Of a DNA stretch of 64,000 nt, positions 9,496 through 17,787 are shown in pieces (within the stretch, counting starts at the first letter, position 1; each line of letters starts with the position of its first letter). The notes beneath the pieces were generated by a model. That model saw nothing but the letters and a program-made list of their open reading frames with translations, was not told the DNA's origin and searched no databases. Both the position numbers and the translations under genes were made by a program. Where the stretch lies: positions 9,983-73,982 of the forward strand of contig CAJWAA010000008.1 in the NCBI GenBank assembly GCA_913020295.1. The letters are read 5' to 3'. Source of the DNA: an uncultured Flavobacteriaceae bacterium (lineage in GTDB: Bacteria > Bacteroidota > Bacteroidia > Flavobacteriales > Flavobacteriaceae).

Positions 9496-11346
9496 ATGCG
9501 AATTTCAATTGTAGTGGGAATATTGCTGTTTTTTTCAGCATGTAATCCAAAAGATCAATCTTATCCCAATATAGTTTGGTTGACTACTGAAGACAATTCT
9601 CCCCAATACATGAAATTGTATAATGGTGATGGTGTTGCTATGCCTGCAATAGAGAAATTGGCAAAAGACGGAATTGTCTTTGACAACGCTTTTTCTAATG
9701 CCCCAGTCTGCTCTGTGGCACGAAGTACATTGATTACCGGCTGTTATGCCCCCAGAATATTTACCCAATTCCACCGAAGAACTCGACATGTACCATTGCC
9801 AGAGGGTGTAATGCCATTTCCTTACTACCTAAAAAAAGCAGGATATTACACTACAAACAACAGCAAGGAAGATTATAACTTTCTATTGCCTGAAGGTGTA
9901 TGGGATGAATCTTCAAAAAAAGCTACATACAAAAATAGGAAACAGGGTCAACCCTTTTTTCATGTTCAAAATTATACGATCACTCATGAAAGTAATTTAC
10001 ATTTTGATCAAAACAAAATTGATAATACTCCTGACCAAGTGTTGGAGAACATTAAAGTTTTTCCATATCATCCTGACACGAAAACCTTTCGGTACTCTTA
10101 CCATCATTTTCAAAACAGACATGTTTTAGTAGACCTTAAGATGGGAGAATTCATAGATGAGTTAGAGCAGCAGGGACTTATGGAAGAAACCATCATCTTC
10201 TATTTTGGAGATCATGGAGGTGTTCTTCCCAGAAGTAAAGGTTATGCCTATGAAAGCGGATTACAGGTTCCCTTGGTTGTTTATGTTCCAGAAAAATGGA
10301 AGCACTTATTTCATCATAATAAAGGTTCGAGAGCAAAAACTTTTGTTGAGTTTGTCGATTTGGCTCCAACAGTACTTTCTCTAGCAGGGATTTCTCAACC
10401 TAAAAACATCGATGGTACAGCCGTTTCAGGAAAATTTTCTGATGCTTCTAAAATCAAAAACAAGAATACAACTTTTGGCTACGCTGATCGCTTTGACGAG
10501 AAATACGACCTAGTTAGAACTCTGAGGATTGGAAAATACAAGTACATAAGAAACTATCAACCTTTTAATATTGATGCCTTATTTAATTTTTATCGTTATA
10601 AAATGCTTGCATTTCAAGAATGGAATACACTTTATAATGCTGGAAATCTCAACGCAAAACAGCGCCAATTTTTTGAACCAAGAGGCCCTGAGGGATTATA
10701 CGATATAGAGCAAGATCCCCATGAGGTGAATGACCTCTCAAGAAGTAAAGATCATCAGAAAATTTTGATGATGATGCGAAAACAGTTACAACAAAAACTC
10801 GCTGCTATGCCCGACCTTAGCTTTTATCCAGAACCCTATTTATTAGAGCATGCAATTGAAAATCCTGTAGCTTTTGGCCAGAAGAGTCATTCTGAAATCA
10901 AGGAATTGATTGCTATTGCAGACCTAAATTTATTAAGCTTTGATTCAGCTCAAGCAAAAATAAAACAAGCCCTTACCAATGATAACCCCTGGAAAAGATA
11001 TTGGGGTCTGGTGGTATGTACCACTTTTGGAGAAAAAGCAAAAACATTTACTACTCAAATCAAAAACCTGATGCATCAGGATAACGAAAACATAGTCCGG
11101 TTACGTGCTGCTGAATATTTATTTTTTAACCAAGTTTCGTTCGATATCAAAATCATTGAAGAGTTGTTGAAGAACGCCAAGTCAGAGACAGAGGCCAACC
11201 TTATACTCAATAGCGTGGCCCTGATCAAATACTTAAAACCCCATTTGAAATTCAATTTGTCTAAAGAAATTTTTCCTTCTCAGTGGTATGACAAGCCCAA
11301 CGATCTGATTAATAGAAGGATGGATTATTTAATCGAAGAATATTAA
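9496..11346 (+). CDS. Sulfatase family protein with a non-canonical maturation motif and a C-terminal HEAT-like helical extension
   Basis: 616 aa with a signal or lipobox (LFFSACNPKD). Sulfatase N-terminal pattern NIVWLTTEDNSP. The motif NAPVCSVARSTLITG has Val where Pro or Ala is expected. GDHGG motif present. The C-terminal ~150 aa are helical-repeat-like (NIVRLRAAEYL). Confidence 0.8.
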   Translation: MRISIVVGILLFFSACNPKDQSYPNIVWLTTEDNSPQYMKLYNGDGVAMPAIEKLAKDGIVFDNAFSNAPVCSVARSTLITGCYAPRIFTQFHRRTRHVPLPEGVMPFPYYLKKAGYYTTNNSKEDYNFLLPEGVWDESSKKATYKNRKQGQPFFHVQNYTITHESNLHFDQNKIDNTPDQVLENIKVFPYHPDTKTFRYSYHHFQNRHVLVDLKMGEFIDELEQQGLMEETIIFYFGDHGGVLPRSKGYAYESGLQVPLVVYVPEKWKHLFHHNKGSRAKTFVEFVDLAPTVLSLAGISQPKNIDGTAVSGKFSDASKIKNKNTTFGYADRFDEKYDLVRTLRIGKYKYIRNYQPFNIDALFNFYRYKMLAFQEWNTLYNAGNLNAKQRQFFEPRGPEGLYDIEQDPHEVNDLSRSKDHQKILMMMRKQLQQKLAAMPDLSFYPEPYLLEHAIENPVAFGQKSHSEIKELIAIADLNLLSFDSAQAKIKQALTNDNPWKRYWGLVVCTTFGEKAKTFTTQIKNLMHQDNENIVRLRAAEYLFFNQVSFDIKIIEELLKNAKSETEANLILNSVALIKYLKPHLKFNLSKEIFPSQWYDKPNDLINRRMDYLIEEY

Positions 11347-11350
11347 AAAA

Positions 11351-11542
11351 ATGACATTAGATATGAACGAAGAACAAACCCCAAGGACTTATCGAAAAGC
11401 CAAAGGTTAGATTGTAATTGAAGGGAAAGTTAATCTAACCGACTTAGAGGGAAACTCAATTAAACATGGAAACAGATTCACCCTTTGTGGTTGTAACAAA
11501 TCCAAAGAAATGCCTTTTGGTGATGGTTCACACAAAACTTAG
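11351..11542 (+). pseudogene. Decayed CDGSH iron-sulfur domain gene (in-frame TAG and loss of a cluster Cys)
   Basis: A single frame reads MTLDMNEEQTPRTYRKAKG*IVIEGKVNLTDLEGNSIKHGNRFTLCGCNKSKEMPFGDGSHKT*. It matches C-x-C-x2-S-x3-P-x-C-D-G-S-H except that the third Cys is Gly (GGT 11519-11521). An in-frame TAG lies at 11408-11410. Confidence 0.5.
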
Positions 11543-13998
11543 AACTCCCTTTTCCCAAATTCGCTTTCGATGAACTTGGTGGTGTTTTTTCGATTTTTAA
11601 AATTATAACTTAGGCTGAGCAGAATCATATCTACCTCATAAATATAATTCGTAGTGGTGTAAAACTCACCTTCTCTTTGAGTGGTAATCCGTTGTTCATT
11701 GCTATTCATAAGTCCCATATCAATATTTTTCCATTGTAGAGAAACGGTCAATTGATTGTCCCAAAAACGCCTGACAAAGATCAAATTAGGAGAGTAATAC
11801 TCAGAATCTTTACCCTGAGCAGTTATTTTATTTGAAAGATAATTAAAGTTAAGTTGGACAAAAGAGCTATTTGAGAAATTATAAGTACTATTTAAATTTA
11901 AACTATATACATAGTCATCTGTGTTTATAATATGATCGTCAAATGACCCTTTAATTATGTAATAATAAAAGCTGGTCGAATAAAAAATCTTTAATTTTTT
12001 ACCTAAATTATATTCTCCTCCATTTTCTCTTCCAATTACTTTAGCATTTCCCACATTTGAATATATACGATTCAAAATTGTGTCATTGTATACTGTATTA
12101 ACCCTATTAATCAAATCTTTAACATAGCGATAATATATTCTAAAAAATCTACTGTTCCCTTTTTTAGTTTTTTTATTTATTCCAAACTCAACTTGGTCGA
12201 TCAACTCAGGATGTAAATTGGGGTCACCTTGCTCAAGAGTTTCAGAGTGTTCTCTTTCAGGAAAGGGATTCATTTTGAAGGTAGTAGTGCGCTCTATTCT
12301 TTTGCTGTAAGCCATGTTAATCGAAAGATTTTCTTTCAGTTGGTAATGAATACTGGCAGAAGGGAAAAGCTTGGTAAAATTCATTGTGAAGCTTTCATTT
12401 AATTGCCCGGTTTTGTCATTTAAAGACAAGTTCCGATCCATATTTTCTATGCGCAATCCTGTGGCAAAATTCCATTTTTCTAAGGAGATATTATGTTGAA
12501 AATATGAAGAATGTATGGAACGTTTTAGGTTTACTTCACTCGAAAACTCTGGGACTAATTCAAAAAGGAGCGATTCATTGTTTTTTCTTTGATAGATAAA
12601 ATCTCCAGTGTGATCTAGATTCCTATATTGGTAACCAATTTTTAGATTACCTATGCTCAAGGGCTTGAAAGTGTAATCTAGATTGATCCGCATGCCTAAG
12701 AGCGGATTTTCGTTGGTATTATATTCATCTTGATAGACAATTGTATTGTCGGGGTGACCCAAATTTCTATTTGTAGTTGGTCCTCCCAAAAGTGTGTATT
12801 CATAAAGAATGGAAGTGTTGAGCTGAGCTGAATTTTCAAAACTATGATCATAATCCAAACTCCCCAAAACAAAATCACTTTTTCTGATCCTCAGGTTCTT
12901 ATTGTAATATTGAAACTGGTAGTCAATTTTATCAGTGATTGCATAATTATTATAATATACAATATCGGCAGTTCGTTCTTTGGTTCTTTTTCCAACATAA
13001 AGCCCAAGTGAAAACAGATCCTTATCAGAAGGCTGATAATCTGCAGTAAGTCGACCTGAGTAATTGATTTCGTCAAAACTTCTTTCCCCATCAGACGGAA
13101 ATCGGGTGTACTTATCCTCAATTATAGTATATACGTCTCCTTCTCTTCTTCCGGAAAGGTCATTTCTTTGAAAGCTCAAACCAGATGAAAAATTCCATTT
13201 TTCACCTACCGTGTTATAGTTTATGTCTACACCATATCGTTGGGCCAGATGAGCGTTTTCATAGTCCTCGATGGATGGAGCTCCCAGGATGGTATTGACC
13301 TGAAAATAGTCACCTTGTAGTGCATTTTTAAGGGTTAGGATGTTAATGATTCCTGCCTTTCCCTCTGCATCGTATTGGGCAGAGGGAGCAGTAATGATCT
13401 CGATATTTTTGATGCTGTTAGCTGGAATTTGATTCAATAAACTATTAATATCAGACTGTACAGGTTTGTTGTTAACCAACACCACTAAACCAGAGCTTCC
13501 TCTAAAGTTGATTTCACCCAAGCTATTAATAGTAATTGAAGGTAGGTTTCTGATGATATCCATTCCTGTACCACCCCTAGCAATTGAAAATTCACTGGCT
13601 GAATACACCTGTCTGTCAATTTTATTTTGAATTGCAGAGCGTTGAGTGTTTACTACCACTTCACTCAACAAGTTTTGCGTAGTTTGTAAGCTTATGACTC
13701 CCAGATCAAGAGGAGTATTTTTTTCAACACCAATGTTATCTCTAACAATAGTCTGATAGCCAAGAAATGAAACTTCTATGATAAAATTTCCTTTAGCCGA
13801 AATGGGGAGAATAAAACTACCGTCCGGTTTTGAAATGGTTCCCTCCAAAATTTCATCATCCTCTTTTAATATTATTGTGGCATATTCAATAGGCACATTG
13901 GTATATTTATTCATAACGGTTCCTGTTATTTGACCATTAAGAATAAATGACATAAAAAAAATGAAAATGTGATTAACATTACATTTTCTAAAGATCAT
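11539..13998 (-). CDS. TonB-dependent receptor with N-terminal carboxypeptidase-regulatory-like domain
   Basis: 819 aa. CarboxypepD_reg-like N-terminus (GTVMNKYTNVPIEYATIILKEDDE...GSFILP), a plug region, a long beta-barrel-like body and a C-terminal Phe. Confidence 0.8.
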   Translation of the reverse strand: MIFRKCNVNHIFIFFMSFILNGQITGTVMNKYTNVPIEYATIILKEDDEILEGTISKPDGSFILPISAKGNFIIEVSFLGYQTIVRDNIGVEKNTPLDLGVISLQTTQNLLSEVVVNTQRSAIQNKIDRQVYSASEFSIARGGTGMDIIRNLPSITINSLGEINFRGSSGLVVLVNNKPVQSDINSLLNQIPANSIKNIEIITAPSAQYDAEGKAGIINILTLKNALQGDYFQVNTILGAPSIEDYENAHLAQRYGVDINYNTVGEKWNFSSGLSFQRNDLSGRREGDVYTIIEDKYTRFPSDGERSFDEINYSGRLTADYQPSDKDLFSLGLYVGKRTKERTADIVYYNNYAITDKIDYQFQYYNKNLRIRKSDFVLGSLDYDHSFENSAQLNTSILYEYTLLGGPTTNRNLGHPDNTIVYQDEYNTNENPLLGMRINLDYTFKPLSIGNLKIGYQYRNLDHTGDFIYQRKNNESLLFELVPEFSSEVNLKRSIHSSYFQHNISLEKWNFATGLRIENMDRNLSLNDKTGQLNESFTMNFTKLFPSASIHYQLKENLSINMAYSKRIERTTTFKMNPFPEREHSETLEQGDPNLHPELIDQVEFGINKKTKKGNSRFFRIYYRYVKDLINRVNTVYNDTILNRIYSNVGNAKVIGRENGGEYNLGKKLKIFYSTSFYYYIIKGSFDDHIINTDDYVYSLNLNSTYNFSNSSFVQLNFNYLSNKITAQGKDSEYYSPNLIFVRRFWDNQLTVSLQWKNIDMGLMNSNEQRITTQREGEFYTTTNYIYEVDMILLSLSYNFKNRKNTTKFIESEFGKREF

Positions 13999-14074
13999 TT
14001 CTACTCGATTTCATTCAATATTTTTTGATTTATAATTTTCTTTTCAAATTACAATGCAAAAATACCATTTCAAT

Positions 14075-15478
14075 TTATTTTAATTGATAAAGCCCATCTT
14101 TTCCTCTTTCCATTACTGGATTTAATTTATTGACAACTTCTGGTGAGAGATCTTTAAGTCCTCTGTTTTTTATAATGATGGAGAAATCAATAGTATCCTC
14201 TACCATTTTTTCCAACCTATCTAGAGGAATAACTTTTATTTTCCCTTTAGAGTAAAACTGACTGGAGTATGATTTGAAGGGGAATGCATAAAGTTTTGAG
14301 GGATTGACTTCGGGATGGATTACTAAGTTTTTGTCTGTGCTGGTAGAGATTATTTTTTTAGTGGGTTCCAAAAAGTAAGCACCGAACAACAAAATGGGTA
14401 AAGCTAAAGCAATCAATATCGTAGTTTTTTTTCTTTTGGAGGAGGGCCAGTGATGGGTGATTAAAAGAGCAATAGGAATCATTACCGGAAGGGTATATGT
14501 GTGGATTAGACTTTTTGAAAATGTGAAAAAAAGAGGAGTCCATAGAATCCAAAGCCAAAGGAATAGTTGCCAAGGATCGTTCCAAATTTTTCGAAACCCA
14601 TGTTTCAGTTGACCCAAAAGAACAAAAGACCATGGCAAAGTACCCACAATAAGAAAGGCCCAAATAATCCCCAAGGGTTGTTGCTTGGGAAAACCGTATT
14701 TGTCCCCTGACCAAGAAGAGTCAATAAAGCGGAGAAAGTGTTCACCTAACACAAAATAGTTAATAAAACCAGGAGATTTTTTTTCCATTAGGTAGTACCA
14801 TGGAAGAGCAATCAATAGGGCTAAAATTCCCCCCTTGAGCCAGGGCATCTTAAAGATCTTTTTAAATGAAATTTGATGGAGAATACACCATATAAATAGA
14901 GGAGGAAAACTCAACACGCAAATAATTGGACCTTTAGCCAATAAGCCGAAACCCATTCCTACAAAAAAAAGCAATCCTGGGATTAAGTTTTTTTCAGAAT
15001 GCAGAAATTCCCAGAACCCCATCATAATTATAGCAACTGAAAAAGAAAGCATCAAATCGGTAGAGAGTACACCGGCATGAAGAAAAAATTCAGGGAGGGT
15101 AAAAAGGATAATTCCAGGAATTAAACCATTGATTTTTTTTTTGTGACCATAAGGTATCATTAGAAAAGCAATCAAAATAGCTACAATCCAATAAGGTAGC
15201 CTTAATCCAAACTCACTATCTCCAAACAGGCTTATGCTACCAGCCGAAAGCCAAGTGGAAAGGGGTGGCTTTGCCCAAAAGGGAATACCGTAGTCAATTT
15301 GTGGAACAATCCAATTACCGGTTTCAGCCATCAACCTGGCAACTTCTCCATAGCGGGCTTCTGTCTTATCTGTCAGAGGAATAAGAACATTAAAAAATAA
15401 TCTTAAGCCTGCAAGAAGTATAAATATCAAACCATAAAGTGATCTGAAGTCTTTTTTAATTTTTTTGGTTAAACTCAA
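14075..15478 (-). CDS. Glycosyltransferase family 39 (ArnT/PMT-like polyprenyl-phosphate-sugar-dependent transferase), polytopic membrane protein
   Basis: 467 aa with about 11 hydrophobic segments. N-terminal loop motif LTDKTEARYGEVARLM, typical of the ArnT/PMT_2 family. The TTG start overlaps the GT2 stop (TTGA). Confidence 0.75.
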   Translation of the reverse strand: MSLTKKIKKDFRSLYGLIFILLAGLRLFFNVLIPLTDKTEARYGEVARLMAETGNWIVPQIDYGIPFWAKPPLSTWLSAGSISLFGDSEFGLRLPYWIVAILIAFLMIPYGHKKKINGLIPGIILFTLPEFFLHAGVLSTDLMLSFSVAIIMMGFWEFLHSEKNLIPGLLFFVGMGFGLLAKGPIICVLSFPPLFIWCILHQISFKKIFKMPWLKGGILALLIALPWYYLMEKKSPGFINYFVLGEHFLRFIDSSWSGDKYGFPKQQPLGIIWAFLIVGTLPWSFVLLGQLKHGFRKIWNDPWQLFLWLWILWTPLFFTFSKSLIHTYTLPVMIPIALLITHHWPSSKRKKTTILIALALPILLFGAYFLEPTKKIISTSTDKNLVIHPEVNPSKLYAFPFKSYSSQFYSKGKIKVIPLDRLEKMVEDTIDFSIIIKNRGLKDLSPEVVNKLNPVMERGKDGLYQLK

Positions 15479-16209
15479 ATTTTATAATTTTTTTTAATCT
15501 GAAAAAGATCCCACCATAATTTAAAAAAATACATGGGACTGATTCTTGAGTCAGGAGTGTCTATCCATACTTTTAGGGGAATTTCTCTGAGATGATTTTG
15601 AATCTCGATTCTCCCGAAAATACGAATCATTCTGAAGAAAATTTCTACATCAAAAAGCCATCTAGAAATAAAAGGTTTGTCAAAAATTTTTTTTGCTATT
15701 TGAGCTTCAAAAATTTTACATCCACATTGAGAATCATAAATACTCAGCTCAAGGATTTTAGAAATGGCTGTTGCAACTAATCTGCCCATAATAAAACGAT
15801 ACCATTTTCTTTTGATTTGATTGTCAATTTTTAAAATTCTCGATCCAAAAGCCAACACCACCTTCTCTTTAACGTACATTGATAAGCGCAAGCACTCATC
15901 AAGACTAGTGGCCAAATCAGCATCCAGATAAGCCACTTTTTTAAAACGTTTATCTTCCAAAACCTTTGTCATCCCTTTTAAAACAGCGTTGGCTTTACCC
16001 TGGTTTTGCAATAAATTGTGAATTTCTATTTGCTTTGAGAACTTATTTCTTAGGGCTTCTAGAAGCTCTATTGTATGGTCTTTAGAGCCATCATTAACGA
16101 AATAAATAAACACAGTGGAATTAAGGGAGAGGAAATCTTCAAATTTTCTAAAAGGCAATCGATTGGCCTCGTTATAGCAGGGAACAACAATGGCCAAATC
16201 ATTTTGCAT
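15475..16209 (-). CDS. Glycosyltransferase family 2, polyprenyl/dolichyl-phosphate hexosyltransferase-like
   Basis: 244 aa. Motifs VVPCYNEANRL, NDGSKD, YLDADLAT (DxD) and DSQCGCKIF, as in Alg5/ArnC-type polyprenyl-phosphate sugar synthases. Confidence 0.8.
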   Translation of the reverse strand: MQNDLAIVVPCYNEANRLPFRKFEDFLSLNSTVFIYFVNDGSKDHTIELLEALRNKFSKQIEIHNLLQNQGKANAVLKGMTKVLEDKRFKKVAYLDADLATSLDECLRLSMYVKEKVVLAFGSRILKIDNQIKRKWYRFIMGRLVATAISKILELSIYDSQCGCKIFEAQIAKKIFDKPFISRWLFDVEIFFRMIRIFGRIEIQNHLREIPLKVWIDTPDSRISPMYFFKLWWDLFQIKKNYKI

Positions 16210-16276
16210 AGCTTTAAAAGATAAATATAATTATTTACTACATAATTATTCTTTAAAAAGAGCCTTTAAGCAAAAT

Positions 16277-16307
16277 CAAAAAAAATGCGAGCCCATCGAC
16301 TCGCATT
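16277..16307 (-). terminator. Rho-independent terminator (aatgcgag-N8-ctcgcatt followed by a U-run on the minus strand)
   Basis: Perfect 8-bp stem with an 8-nt loop. The run of 8 A on the plus strand gives Us on the minus-strand RNA. Confidence 0.65.
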
Positions 16308-16328
16308 AAACCTATAGATAAGGATAGC

Positions 16329-16391
16329 TTAGAACACAGTACTCGTAGGTATCTGCTGTCCTAACTTCCCTAAATTACATAAATAAGACAT
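16329..16391 (-). CDS. Candidate 20-codon small ORF (MSYLCNLGKLGQQIPTSTVF) with a very strong Shine-Dalgarno sequence
   Basis: AGAAAGGAGGTG (16396-16407, minus) followed by a 4-nt spacer and ATG. The TAA stop at 16329-16331 lies about 20 nt upstream of the terminator. No homology recognised, so this is speculative. Confidence 0.25.
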   Translation of the reverse strand: MSYLCNLGKLGQQIPTSTVF

Positions 16392-16453
16392 TTGACACCT
16401 CCTTTCTAAATTAGTTAGACATGGCTGTTGTCACAGCGTTGACATCTCAATGA

Positions 16454-16461
16454 CAAATATA
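16454..16461 (-). promoter_or_regulatory. Bacteroidetes-type -7 promoter box TATATTTG
   Basis: Exact match to the TAnnTTTG consensus, about 55 nt upstream of the small-ORF ATG and just downstream of the antiporter stop codon. Confidence 0.35.
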
Positions 16462-16484
16462 AGCAGACTAAAAATTTATGACTA

Positions 16485-17753
16485 TTATTTTACAATATTT
16501 TTTAGTGTTAATCCTTGTACTAATATTGTAAACAGAACAATCACATAGGTGAGAAAAAGAATTAAAGCTTTACCCTCTCCAATGTCATCGGGTAGATTCA
16601 ATGCAAGGGCAACACTTAAACCTCCTCTGAGCCCCCCCCAAGTAATTATCAAGGCCGTTTTCTTTTCAAACTTTTTGAATAGTGACAAAAAGGCTATAGG
16701 AATACTTACTCCAATACCTCTGGACAACACTACCAGAACAATTACTAATAAGGAAATGGCTATGAACGGTAATTGGAAGGACTCAAAAATCATAATAATT
16801 TCCAATCCGATAAGAATGAATAAAATCGCGTTTAGAGTCTCATCCAAAAGGTGCCAAAATTTGTAGACATAATCACCCATGGCCTTTTGGACGCCGTCCT
16901 GTTTACTGTCAATATCTAAATTTTGATTCAGAAATAATCCCATCATCACTACCCCCAAAACGGCGGAAAAGTGAAATTGATGAGAAATGATAGGTAATAA
17001 TAGTACCAATGAGATAGTCACTAAAACTTCTAATTCGGTATGTTCATTTTCTATATATTTTAAAAGCTTTAGGCCAAAATAGCCCATTACTGTTCCAAGA
17101 GCAATACCCCCGAGAACTTCGGTTACAAACAAGCTACCAACTGCAGCTGCAGTAATGTTTTCGACACCATCTTGTTTGATACTTAAAAGGGTTAAAAAAA
17201 CAACAACTCCAATACCGTCGTTGAAAAGAGATTCTCCGGCAATTCGAGTCTCTGTGATAGAAGACAAGTTCATTTTTTTGATCATGGCTAAAACTGCTAT
17301 GGGATCAGTAGGTGCAATTAGCGCGCCAAACAAAAGGCAATCTATATAAGTCAAACCCATGTTATCTAGACCAAATATTGGTTGCTCAATCAACCAATAT
17401 ACACCTGACCCAACAGCAAAGGTGGAAAAAAGCACCCCAAAGCTGGCCAAGAGAAGAATTGTCAATTTGTCTTTCATCAGTTCGTGAACGTTTACGCTTA
17501 TGGCCCCTGCGAAAAGTAAGAAAGGTAACATCACATTTACTAACAACTCACTAAAATCAAATTCTTTCGTTACTTCTGCTACGGTTTCGAATATCTGAGG
17601 AAAAATAATTCCAACTATGGTAACAATTATTGACGAGCAAAGTGCCAAAATCATCAAACCAATAGTTTGTGGGAGCTTTAAAAGCCTTATATTAATGAGT
17701 GTAAAAACTGCTGCTAAAGTTATCAAAATAGTAGATAATTCAAGAATGCCCAT
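16485..17753 (-). CDS. Na+/H+ (cation:proton) antiporter, CPA1/NhaP-like
   Basis: 422 aa with about 11-12 TM segments. Motif LFGALIAPTDPIAVLAM, characteristic of CPA1 exchangers. Confidence 0.8.
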   Translation of the reverse strand: MGILELSTILITLAAVFTLINIRLLKLPQTIGLMILALCSSIIVTIVGIIFPQIFETVAEVTKEFDFSELLVNVMLPFLLFAGAISVNVHELMKDKLTILLLASFGVLFSTFAVGSGVYWLIEQPIFGLDNMGLTYIDCLLFGALIAPTDPIAVLAMIKKMNLSSITETRIAGESLFNDGIGVVVFLTLLSIKQDGVENITAAAVGSLFVTEVLGGIALGTVMGYFGLKLLKYIENEHTELEVLVTISLVLLLPIISHQFHFSAVLGVVMMGLFLNQNLDIDSKQDGVQKAMGDYVYKFWHLLDETLNAILFILIGLEIIMIFESFQLPFIAISLLVIVLVVLSRGIGVSIPIAFLSLFKKFEKKTALIITWGGLRGGLSVALALNLPDDIGEGKALILFLTYVIVLFTILVQGLTLKNIVK

Positions 17754-17787
17754 TATCGATAGTTTTTTTAAATATAAGCTAAAAATT

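Noticed and set aside
14358-14714. 118-aa same-strand alternate-frame ORF inside the GT39 gene
   Set aside because: It is embedded in a continuous 467-aa membrane protein frame that carries the family motif. The alternate frame has no independent support.
16396-16409. The plus-strand string ACACCTCCTTTCTA looks like the 3' end of 16S rRNA
   Set aside because: Only about 13-14 nt match, and nothing upstream resembles 16S helix 45 or the rest of the rRNA. It is better read on the minus strand as an SD-like element (see finding).
16549-16866. 105-aa plus-strand ORF antisense to the Na+/H+ antiporter gene
   Set aside because: It is a shadow ORF with no signal, motif or promoter box. The antiporter frame explains the region.
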